Shown in pieces: positions 17,401 to 51,200 of a DNA stretch of 64,000 bases. Numbering within the stretch: the stretch's first letter is position 1; each line of letters starts with the position of its first letter. Both the position numbers and the translations under genes were made by a program. The DNA comes from Balanoglossus misakiensis (Eukaryota; Animalia; Hemichordata). The stretch lies in contig CM082582.2 of the NCBI GenBank assembly GCA_040954595.2, positions 7,070,063-7,134,062 on the forward strand. Direction: 5' to 3'. The notes below the pieces were generated by a model, which saw nothing but the letters and a program-made list of their open reading frames with translations, was not told the origin of the DNA and made no database searches.

Positions 17401-18428
17401 TAAGTAGATAGACGAGGGTGTCTTAATATAATGATATTTCATTCCAGTAACAATACTGTAGATATCACCGGGCCAGGCGATGTTCTGGTAGCGGGCGGGT
17501 ATCCACGAAGGTTCCGATATTCCTTGAGGTGAGCATATCGTATACATTTTGCTTTTTACATTGACCATGCCAAACACTTCATGAACTTTATAGAAGTACA
17601 AGCGCACCATCGCACATACTACACGAAAGAAGCCATACGTTTTGTGTATAACGGGATGCATTACAAAATAATTTTCGATGTTTTCCAGTATACTGACTTA
17701 CGTGATGGTAAGGAGTGATAACACATTTTGTCCAACGTCGTCAGACTTCAGACTGTCTCAAGATACGCTCTTATCGGCGCTACAAGACGGCATGGGAGAT
17801 TTTGTGAGTGACATAAACTTTATATAGATATCTCGAAGTTGGGACGTATTTTACATTTTCAAATGAGCAGAACGGGCTCAGTGACCAGACTGAGCTGATT
17901 TATTGTCGTTGTACTGTATAGGGGCCTATACCATCCTGACCGCTCCACCCAGCCCGAAAATCTTCATGTGCGGATTACGAGAAACGTTTATTTTAATGTC
18001 AGTTCTTTATTTATACATGCATTGCCTTTAAGACCGAACCAGTGCAAGAAGTGCGGCTCGGAGAACTTTTCACGGAGGACGAAGTAACGACACCAAGCCC
18101 GACTACAGCGGCCCCTCGAGGAGACAAGAAATTACTCCTACGCGATTGGCAGATCGGCGTCTGTGTCTTCGCCATACTGCTGGTCGTGGTGGGAGTTGGA
18201 ACTCTCGTCTACCTGGTGATGCCCACCAACGACCCAGAGTACTACGTAGAGGTTGACCCGTCATCGGCGGTGCGGCAAGCGGAAAGGCCCGGGAAAAATC
18301 GGGAATCGCGGTTCGGGATTGACAACGGAGGGGCGGCGGACTTCGAAACCCTGGAGATTGCGGATAGGGGGGCCGACAGTGCGGTCGGGCCGGGAGCGAG
18401 CACGTTTGAGACCGAGCATCGACTGTAA
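14409..18428 (+). CDS. Uncharacterised type-I membrane protein B (~429 aa), paralog of A
   Basis: Exons 14409-14499, 15817-16037, 16297-16519, 16712-16773, 17022-17122, 17448-17528, 17689-17803, 18033-18428. 1290 nt in frame; intron phases 1,0,1,0,2,2,0 as in gene A. Signal peptide ..MWTALIVSALVLRTPTFA; TM WQIGVCVFAILLVVVGVGTLVYLVMP. Confidence 0.8.
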
Positions 18429-20803
18429 GTTTCCGACGACAAAATGTAAAAAAAACTTCAAGGATATGAATACTAGTAAAACACTACAGATGGCCTGGCA
18501 GATTTGCTGTCAACAGACTATCGCAAGAATGTGGATTTTCCAATAACTTAAAAGTTATTATAGTAGGACAAAATGGACTTTGAAAGACCTTGCTATGTAA
18601 AACGTATCACGAATTTGTGAGCAGTTGGTATTTACGGTTGAATGCTGTGAAACTAATTTATAGGTTTTTAAAAAAAAATATCGAATCGCGACTTCTCAGT
18701 TTATTTCCCTTTAATTAAACCGTACTCCTGTGGTTTAATAAGGAAGGTGTGACATAAAGCTGTAAAGTACAGTTGCAATTTTTGTCAAACACGATACAAA
18801 ACTACACTTGTTTAGGCCTACTTGGCTAGTAATCCGCTGCTACGGTTATCAGACAAGTTTCGCGAAATCTTAAAATTGTAATAAGCGAAAAACTATTCAA
18901 AATTGTCAAAGCTATTAGGAATTTTTCTCTATATCACGGTTATAGCGTTTTCACCACCTTTAATAATTTTGTGCATGCTGCAAAATTTCAATGAGTTTTT
19001 CATGCGCCTCTCTTGTACAAGTAACTTACAGCTTTCAGTTTTATCCATTGGGGGCGCTGTTTCGACAAATTCTCATAAAGGGACATTCCACAGGTGGCAG
19101 TCAAAAATTATGCACACGTCATGAGCACGTGACGAAACGCTGAACACAACTGTGGAAACGCACTTTACAAGAATGTACAATTTATTGTCATTGTATCCCA
19201 CTGAAATACAGCGCATGTGTATTAACCGTTGAATAAAATGGTTAACCAAATTTTCCTCTCTTCGCAAGTGAAGTCTTGCTAACCCTAGACTGATCAGACA
19301 GTTTTTAAGCTCTTTCAAGTACATGTACTTTTTTTCATCAAATATATAAAAACGAATTGACATGTTTAACAAGGTCTGCGATACGTGGAAAAACATTCTG
19401 CAAAATCAACTTTATTGAAGTTGAGATGCTACAACAGAAGCAGCGTGGGTTTCTACACCTTTGCCCAAGTCCTCTCACCGGTAAAGGGACAAAGATGTAC
19501 AGTGTACACGCGGTTAAATGTATGCTAAAAAGGTCTTTTCATCTCACCACTCGGTACTACTCAAACCCTACATGAGTATACATGTACATAATTATACCAG
19601 TGTTATCATTCCAGATACATACCCAAAATATTGCAAACGATTTTGTTTTTACTTACAAGGCAATGTGGGTGTTGCATGCTAACATTAAATACTTAATGCA
19701 GCATATTCGGGGAGAAAATCTTTTTTTATGAAAACAGAAACATGAAAGTAAAAAAAATTGGAACAGGTTTGAGATATTGGTTACTTTTTGCCTCAGTGTT
19801 GTGTCTATTGACACACTGATTGTGAAATCGCATGTGGTTCTAAGCATACTTTATTTGAATGACCAAAAATCTGACTGAAATACACAAATATCTCAGTGAA
19901 GACTAGATTCAACAGTGCATTTGGGGAAAAAAACTACATCTGGCGAAAAAAGTTCACATCTTTACTTCAGAAAAAAATACAAAATACATCATCATGACCT
20001 ATTTTCAGGGGGGAGGGCGAAGTTTAGAAAGCTAAGTGGGCGATGGCAGTGTATGTTCACTTTGTTGAACATTAGACGTGAAAAAACTGTGTTAATTGTT
20101 ATGACATAAAATAGAACTTGAATGATCATGTTTCCCCAAAGATGATATGAGAAGCATCATCTTCATATGGTATAATGAAAATAGTATGGATGTACCTCAA
20201 AACACACAGGGAGTACAAAATACATCCACAATGTTTTGTACAGTGGAAGATTATGATTTCACATCCCCAAGTACAACCCAAAACAACCACCTGGCAACAC
20301 TGCAGCGATGCTGCCTGCTTGTTGGGGGGAAAGAGTGTGTTTAACAGTAACTTGACATCATGCAAAGCACAACTGATAGAAAGATATGGCTACAATAACG
20401 AGAATGGTTTTTGTCACTAGCACTCACAATCTGCCGCCGTAAAGCAATTTTCTTGTTATCTCAGGCATTGAATGGCTATTTTCAAATCCCCCATTCCGCT
20501 GCTAAATACCACAATATGACAAGATCAAGAAAAAAATATATGCACTAGTCGATACAGTCGTAATTAAGTCTCTATGTACACAAACCATCTATATTTTTGA
20601 AGATGGACCCGTTCAGTGGACAACGTCTAGCCTGGCTTCAACTTGAAGCATAATCATTTAAACTGACCGAACTTGAAATCAACACGTGGGGTGCCTGCTT
20701 CCAAGAATGAAAACCAGTTCTCAATGGTTAGCACAGCTTTGAATAACGAGTTCAAATCATGTTAGTTTGGTGTAGTCGTTCGAACGTCGCGTTTTTTTTT
20801 TTT

Positions 20804-29570
<8,767 letters not shown>

Positions 29571-29748
29571 GATGCGATTCGCAAATCCAGAAAGGAGAGC
29601 AAAATGGCGGGAGTTGAGGATTGGCGTTCTCTTCCCCGTTGGTGGCGCTGTTAGGGGTGAAAGGTCATGTGTATTTCTGCGCTGCCAAGACTCAGCTGGT
29701 TTGGGGTATCTTTCCTTTTCTTGCTTTCAAGGTAATGAAAAGGTAGCC
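29571..29748. promoter_or_regulatory. Compact bidirectional promoter between SPT16 and PDRG1
   Basis: Divergent ATGs at 29570 (-) and 29749 (+). YY1-type AAAATGGCGG at ~29600 and CTCF-like CCGTTGGTGGCGCTG at ~29636. Confidence 0.65.
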
Positions 29749-30800
29749 ATGACTTCTCACCCGCAACGAGGAACACCAGACTTTGTTTTGAACTACTTGG
29801 GAGAAGTTGAAGAACTTGCAGAAGATATACTTACAGATAAACATCAGGTATTCTTGTGCGGCGTCGTTCACTCTTCAATGTCAACAAGGGCAAGGGCAGT
29901 CAACTCTTGCTATGATTACTTACTGATGACTGACGTTGTTTTCTGTCCTACTTTCTATTACTACACTATATAGGTGGTTGATTTGGACCGTAAAAGAAAC
30001 AAGAACAGAGAAGCCATCCGGGCACTGAGCAAAGTTCAACCAGTTCCTGGGAAAGGTAGGAGTAGCTAGCCAAAATAAAGAACGTTTTACTATTTACTAG
30101 TGTTCTAACATAGGTAAAGGATAAATGTTGCAGGTATTGTAACTCTGACTAAATAGTGTTCCACTATTATTTCCCCATTGTCAAGTCCTCCGAACTGTAG
30201 ACAACTATTCACTTTACTGGTAAGATTACATATTGTGATCATCACTGACTTGTTTATTTGTTTCTCCATCACAGCTGACAAAACCTGGGTTTGTTTTGGC
30301 GATATGTTTTTGAAAATCCCACGGGCTGATGCAAAGCATCTTCTTGAAAAAGGCAAGTTTCACTGTGGATTTATAACACTATGTGTCCATATATCTTTGC
30401 ACATCTCAACTTATTCTCTTCCCAGTATCATGGGTTAAGACCAAATGTAAACTTCTCTTGCAGACCAAAAGGAGCTGGACACACAAATTGATAAAATCAG
30501 AAATGGCTTGAAACCCAAAGTGAGCAAACTGCATGAAATGGAAGGTATGGAAAATAAGTTTCTCTCTAGATCATATTTCACAATACTTTTGACTTATATT
30601 TGGTAAATCCAAAATTTCATGAAATGGGATTTTCTTGCAATTTTTAATTTTTTGGGGAGGGGACAAATGTGACATTTTTGTAGCGTAAATTATTCATTCA
30701 ATGTTTGTTTGCTGATTTGTGTCACACAGGTCATCCAGACATCAAGGGATTTAATCTGAATGCTTTGACAAAAGATGAGTTGCATGCAGTTCGCCAGTGA
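29749..30800 (+). CDS. PDRG1: p53 and DNA damage-regulated protein 1 (prefoldin-like), 136 aa
   Basis: Exons 29749-29847, 29974-30055, 30275-30352, 30464-30544, 30730-30800 (411 nt). Motifs: VEELAEDILTDKHQVVDLDRKRNKNREAIRAL, WVCFGDMFLKIP, GHPDIKGFNLNAL. Intron 3 is GC-AG. Confidence 0.93.
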
Positions 30801-31228
30801 TGCTAAGTACTGATACTATTTATGGAGTAATGGGTGGTCATGGAATGACTTGGAACCAAGACGGAAAAGGGAGATTGTGGAGGACTGCGTTTCCTGTGTT
30901 GTCGCGGACCATTACACCTGCGTCTATACTGCAGTGATTTGGTTTGTCTTGTTACAATAACATAGACATCTGATTGGCATACTGAACTGGGTGAATTTCA
31001 CCAGCCAATGGCTGAATAACATTTTTCACAGTCAGCTGAGTTGATAGATATCCAATTGGACTGTGAGCAGATGACCCCTCTCCGTATTCATTAACAGAAT
31101 GCAAACTGTCACTATAAGAAACAGACAAGTCACTTCGGGAACAGTCCACAACATGGTAATAACCATGTGAACTGCAAACTGGTGAGAAACACCAGTAAAC
31201 ACCACTGTACGAAACAATTATTTCTGAA

Positions 31229-31244
31229 AATAAAACACTTTATT
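31229..31244. terminator. Convergent poly(A) signals of PDRG1 (+) and TTLL9 (-)
   Basis: AATAAA at 31229-31234 and TTTATT at 31239-31244, between the two stop codons. Confidence 0.5.
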
Positions 31245-31890
31245 CACTTAACTATCTTCGTATCACATGTGCATCTGTTCCACTATGTCTAAAATTGACT
31301 GTATTATGGACAATTTATAAAAACCTTACAGTACTTTCCTGGTAATATGTAAAGTAAAATAGGTAGTTTTCTGGTAATGTCTCTGTGTAAAACACCTTTT
31401 GCATTTTTGATATGGTGCAATAAAAGTACAGACACTGATAAAAGTGACTCCCTAAAATTCGACTTACAAACAAACATGTAAATAACAGTTGTGGACATTA
31501 TTTAAAACATCCTATATTTACATTTAAGTTTTCATGTATCTTCACAACAAAAGTTACGACTACATTTCTATGAAACTTTATACAAAATTCTGGCTGGAAA
31601 AGTTACACCCCAAAACAAACTGTCTGTAACAACTGGTTCAAGTTTTCCATACATTATCATTGCCATACAGACAATTTGGACACCTTTGCAGACATTTCCT
31701 GTCCTATGTACAAACATTTGATGGGTTCTGAAGAAATGTTGGACGGCAACAATGCATGAAGCACGTGATTTGTGTCTTCTGCTATTAAGTACATCTACTA
31801 TCATATCATAACCTTTGGTAGAAAATATTGTACATAAACATAAATCAGTGTTTTCATCAAATATTATTACATGTATTTACACCCACCTTT

Positions 31891-32000
31891 ATAACCCTTT
31901 GAACCTGACTTGGAGGAAAACTCCATGGTTTAGTCCATACCCATTGAATTCTATGGTAAAGGTGGACCTCTATACAGGGAAATGGGGGTGGAAGGGTTAA
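31891..32000 (+). mobile_element. Short piggyBac-like MITE, copy 2
   Basis: ATAA-CCCTTT ... GAAGGG-TTAA. Internal CCATGGTTTAGTCC...GGACCTCTATACAGGGAAATGGGGGTG is shared with the other copies. Confidence 0.65.
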
Positions 32001-32224
32001 AAGCATGGACGGATTTTCTTAAGTAAATCAGTGGCAGGACTTAACACACCCAGCAGGAATCCCATCTGATACAACCACACGTACTGCCATGCACGACATC
32101 ACAAACCATTAGTCTTGTTTGATGAGCCTTGGTTAATAACTTGGGATGCAGGACATGCACAGAAAATGATTCACTGTTCTCTTGAGATGATATGTAGTTT
32201 CTTTTTTTGCTGTGAGAGAGGACA

Positions 32225-45248
<13,024 letters not shown>

Positions 45249-45291
45249 AATCCTCTCTGTTCCCCCAGTGCAATTTCAAAAGAAGCTCAAC

Positions 45292-48200
45292 ATGGGACAA
45301 GGAATGAACAAGGTCAGTTCGACCCCATTCCCCAGTCAGTCCAGTATTGCCCGCTGCTGTCAGTTTCGCATTGTGATACCCTGCGGTGACTTCGCCGTAT
45401 GTGGTGACGTTTGCCAGGTCAAGCTCGTTCTTGCGCTGTGACTCCAATCTGACTGGGGAAGAATTCCGGGTCATATATATACCCCAAATAAAGTCACGTG
45501 ATAGTCACCATCCAATCAGCGGTTTCATGGGAATGCCCAGGTGTTGATATTGTTCACAGGTATTTCCCGGTCGATACTTGACAGGAGGGGCTGAAAAGCC
45601 CAATTTGCATGTTGACACAAACATGATACGTCAACATTTGCCCATTGATCACTGTCATATGGAGTGAAATTAACACAGCACTGGACTGGTAAATAAAACT
45701 ACAAGCCAATCAGCATCGAGATGAAATGTCAGAGGTGACGAATTAAACACAGACACTCAGTCACACTGTCCAATTTGATGTATCTTGTTCATAGCTTCAG
45801 CAGAAGCAATTATTAAAGTGATGAAAAGTCCTTTGGTGGTACAATGTATACAGTAACCATCATAAGTGACCATTATAATATTCTACACCACATGATTTGA
45901 TAATTGCACTCATTTTTAAAACTCGCATTCACCTGTGTTTACTAATATCTCCATCACTGGACACTATAAAAGTGTGCGTATAATGAAATCAAAGTCATTC
46001 CACAAACTTCTACTACTTTTTAAACTCAGAGAACATAATGTTAGTGATCTGGTACCTTTATTCTTCATTTCATTGTAGTAATATTGATTCTTCTTTTCAG
46101 ATGGGATTATGTAATCTTCCGCAATTTCCATCCAATATTGGAAGTACAAACTTAATTACACTACAGTTGGCTATTTTGTTGTATTACAGATCCTGCCAGG
46201 CCTTTATGTTGGTAACTTTAAAGGTAGGGTATTCTTTGTTGATATTTAACCTACACATTTGATACTTTTTTGTGTTAATAAAAAAAAATTAAGCCATTCA
46301 GTGTTGACACTCAGCCATCAAGCTGATAATAAAGAAGGCAATGAAAGTTTGTATATTTCAGAACTAAGCTCAGGGGTTGTACAGTTGGAATATTATCTTT
46401 CATCTATTAAATGCAAGAAATGTATGGGTATAGTCTATAGAGAAGTAAAAGTACCTTTGTCATGTGATACCCATCATAATGTGTAACGCTATCAGACTGC
46501 AGTATTGATTGCTCAACAGTGAATGAAATATATGAAATATCTAAAATCTTCAATTACAGTTCCACACAGTTGCCATCAAGTATTTTAAGTGGCAAAAGTT
46601 TCATGTTCTGTGTGAGAAACCACCAAGATTGTCTTTTCCCACAGCTCACTCACCAACCCTGCAGTTATGAACTCGGTATCAAAAATGCATCAGAGAGAAG
46701 ATTACAAGAGAGATGTGAATAACAGACAACTTTTGAATATTTGATGTCAGTAAAACAAACTACTTTAACCCCTCTTCTCTGTCAAGGTTTGGTCCAACTT
46801 CATTATTCTCAATGATAATGCTGGACCTCTTTACAGGGAAACGGGGAGAAATTGTTAAAGTTGGAACATTTCGTATAGCTTTGGTTCATGTACATCAAGG
46901 GTATACTATTACTATGCATCCCATTCACTTTATGTTTTGTTTTGTTGTTTTGTAGACTGCAAAGACAGGGAACAGCTCGCTGCCAACAAAATAACGCACA
47001 TTCTCTCAATCCACGACAATGCCAAGCCACTGTTGGATGTAAGTATATCATCTTACAAGTATTTCCTTTGTAACCAGAATCCTTGACGTGCCCCTGACAG
47101 CATAATCCATTATAATGGATATGTTGTCAAAAAAGTATATATCACAGGCTGTTTACAGTGGGTCATTTGACATGTCTGGTTAGATTTATTACTCAAGCAC
47201 GCAGAAAAATAATCTTGGTATTGAAGGCAATATTGTTTTGTATCCTGGATGTGTTCACAGTGAGTTCCTTTGCAGCTGGTCAAAGTCACTGGAAATTTGA
47301 AAAATAAACCATATTTGCAGTTTTGCTTTATTTTACATCCCTCGTACAATGGGTAGAAATCCCATTTATAGGGTAAGGTACATTAAGTCACTTAGGGGAA
47401 AGCAGTAAGACTCTGTTGATGGGACTGTCCCCAACTCATTGGCCGAACGTCACCGCTTGCTGGCAATTTCAAAATCGCCAGTCTCCCACCAGTGATCATG
47501 CATCAGAGACTCAATTTAATTCTGAGTTAAACCAGACCTCTCCAGTTGCTCTGTCATACAAGTGGTTTTGTTGTCCAGTAAACATGATACCGGGATGACA
47601 GACATGTGATTTGAATCCCTTCCCACTCGACACAATGGAATCAGACCAAAGTACAGGGTTTGCATGGTTAAATATGGCGAAGTTGCCAGCGTTTGACATT
47701 ATTCTGGTATGGTCTGAATTCTTCTAGTAGTCCAGTATGCTTATTAGAAAAAAAAGAAAACATACACATAAATAATGTATAGAAGCAGGAAACAAAGAAA
47801 TTTAACTTTCTCTTTCAGACTCCCATCTCAGGCTTGAAATATCATTTCGCCCGCTTGACACATAAATCTGCTCACTTCCTCTTGTGACAATGTAACTCGA
47901 CAGGGCACAGTGTATGTAGCGCCCTCATAAGACTGAATTTGAGGGTTTCAGAAAAAGTGCAGAGGCAAGTGATGAATGGGTGAAGAGTTTGTTCACTGTT
48001 CCATAAATTCCCCGAAAAACTAGTATGAAAATAAAAATGAAATATATGCATCTTTTACTCATTAGTTCTTTATACCATACCAGTGGGAAAAAATGTATTC
48101 CCTTTTGGTATTTTTGTTGATTTTCCTGTTGTGTCAAAGAGTGATTTTTTTTTTCAAAAATGAAAAAAAAGCTGGGCTGGTTAAAGTCCACTGTAAAATG

Positions 48201-51200
48201 GTTGTAAAATATGTATTCTTCAGAAGAAGAGTTGTAAACTGAATCTTATAGATGGTTGTAAGGGAAACCAGCCTTGGAAGGTGCTGATCTCTCCCTAAAC
48301 TCAGAGCAAACGATTGTGCAAGTACATCAGAACAAGAACTTTATCACTGACTTTCTGTAAATCGCAAAACATTCCCAAATGAGCTGTGACTCAGTAAGAA
48401 AGATATGCAAGGGTAAAGCAGGGGGGGGGGGCATGGTAAACCCCAAATTTCGTCATGAAGACTCCCAAAATTTGCAAGCAGAGAATTTTACAAGCCTGAG
48501 TCAGCATATGCATGCAGAGGGCATTTGCTGAAAAAACTTTTGTCATTGTGTTGTTCACACCCGTGGGGCGATTGTGAAGTGACCGCAAGAAGCAGTGGCG
48601 CGAACCCAGGCGCAAGCCCCGATTTTCTCCCGTTCACTGCAACTGGACACATTATCACAGCACTGCATCAGACCCTTTAGAGTGCTGCACCCAGCGTCGC
48701 CAGTCAATTGGCCGCAGTGCGTGCTGGCCACACTTTCGGCCGACAGTGCGCAAGCCGTCCAATATTTGACATGTTGTTACATGAAAAACAACACCAGGCA
48801 ACCCCGGTGCACGTACCGCAGGGGTAATGACCCCAACTTGTAAACAGGGAAATCTACACCAGTGACGCTACATACGGCAGAATTTTTTTTTTGTCTCTCG
48901 CTAAAATAGGATCTTAGTCAGGGTCCCAAGAAGAGCTCCTGGCCAGTCAATACATATACCTGGCACAGATCCAAATTGCCACCACCCAGTCTGCCGATTT
49001 TTTGACCAGTCATTGTTTTGGTGAAATCGTTTAAGACAGAATAAGTACATCTGTGCCTGCAACAGTGAGGAGTATACGTACAACTGCTTTCTGAAGAACC
49101 ACATGCAAATAAAAAAAAATGCTTCAATTCAATCATTTTGAATGCTGTGAAGAAAGTTCTCTGAGAAAAGAATAACAAGAGAATCCACATGTTTGTTTTT
49201 GTTTTCTTCTGTTTTTTGTTCTTCACTTTTTCAGAGATATCTTGTATGTAATATACCGGTAGCTACTTGCGCTCTAAGCCTCACTGACATTTTTTTGCAT
49301 ATGTGCATCACAAGGTGAACTTAACCCACATTTGTCAAGGTCACTGTCATTTCTTGTGAACATGTTAGAAAAGTATATGCACTTAGCCACTTTCATCTTG
49401 GCTGACGTGTGGCGAATGCAGATATCTGCTTCTGTGGATTTTCACATAGCAAGATAAAAGAGTGTCTGAAAAATTCAGAAATATTTCACAAAAAATTGGA
49501 CAGGACATTTCATCTGGCTAGAAAATCACAACAAAGAAAGAGCAGCTAATGTGTTGACCTTGCTTGACCTTTTCTGCTGGGGTACAGGGCGTCGCCGGTT
49601 TTTAGTTCCCATTCCTGCTGCATCCCGTAGCATTGCCACAGTTCCCTGTCTGCTAGCATTACCCCGAGTGAAAATGTTTTGAGTATTAAAAGGATTAAGA
49701 GCTTCTGAAAGTGATGTAATGCATGTTAACAGTCGTAGCATGTTTTGGCTTTCTTCGAGATAAAGATTAGTCATCAATAGGAGTCGTTTCTGTGCGTGAG
49801 GGGGTAGCAGCCATGTACCCTTTTGCTTGTCTGGGAAGTTTCATATTCTTAATCCTTCAAAGCTTTTTCACGGGTACTTATGACTGGTTGTGCCGGTCGC
49901 TGGGAAATGAGTCACTGAGACTTGTGTCAAAGAAGGTCTCACTCGGAATAAATAACGGTTCATCTGGCCACTTTAGTGCATGAGTCTGGGGGGGGGGGGG
50001 AGAGGGGGTTAAAGTTGATGTTGTCTGACCCCTCTCTGTGTTGAACTTGAACTCATTTGCCACACGCTTCCCTCTGATCGTTGACTTTTGTTTCAAATGA
50101 CAATGTGCTCTTCATTATCTCTTCTTTGCACGACACTTAGACATGACATTTTTATGGTCAGGCCGTAAATTACTATATAATACAGTCTCTGAAGCGATGC
50201 AGTCTTAACATATTATTTTTCAGAAAGAAAATGTGATTTTAAAAGGTTCAAGATGATGACTTATAAACAGCTTTAAGTTTTTATTACAGACTCTTGTTGT
50301 TTATACCGGTTCACAGTAAGAGGTTTAATTGACAGCCGTCAATCAGGACACGCCTTCATTGAGAAAGGTGTTTCAATCCAAATGCCACAAATGTTGAGCA
50401 TTATGGTTCCTGAAATTGTAAGCAGGTGGCCAATTTTACACACAAAGATAAACCTCTCTTTTGCAATTGTAGCGCACCGGTAGCTATTTATCTCATAATC
50501 CACAATGTCCCCGTGAGAAGAACACCTGGCACATTTTCCTATGAAATATTTATGTTATTCTTCATGTGGATATACAGTGAATCAACGTTCACCAAAATGA
50601 ATAATCGGTGTTTACTGTTTACTCATTTTGGCGAGATTTTTACTCTCTTATCCTACAAACAAAAAGGAAGTTGATCAAAATGTTATAGATGCAAGAGTAT
50701 TAGCTCAGATGTAGAAGTTACCAGGTGCTCACCAGGTTCAAATGTTTGTGGTTCTAATTCATGTTTGTGTTACATCTCTACACAGGATATGAAATATCTA
50801 TGTATAGCCGTGTCGGACTCGCCACAGCACAACCTGTAAGTACGATTTCCATACCTGTTTTTTTTTCTACAATTGGCAAGTATCCAAAATACCTCGTGTT
50901 GCTGGACATATTGTGGTTACCAATGTCAGGGGGTGTTTTCTTCTTTGGCTTAACCTTGAGGGCATTACCCTCGGTATAATGTTTTGCATCACCATCTTTG
51001 TGATGGCCATGATGGAACACATTACATTCATTACAGCATATAGCTATGTTACAAATTCCTCTAGAAATAATATCATCATATATTTAGAAATTACGTACAT
51101 GTTAACTTTCTCTTTGTCATTGATGTTTAGGTTGAAGCAACTGAAATGATGCAAAAACTGGAAAATTTCAGATAGTACCCTTTTTTACCATTTGTTGTTC

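Noticed and set aside
30831-30839. Perfect Gli site (TGGGTGGTC) in the PDRG1 3' UTR
   Set aside because: A single 9-mer can occur by chance in 64 kb; there is no cluster.
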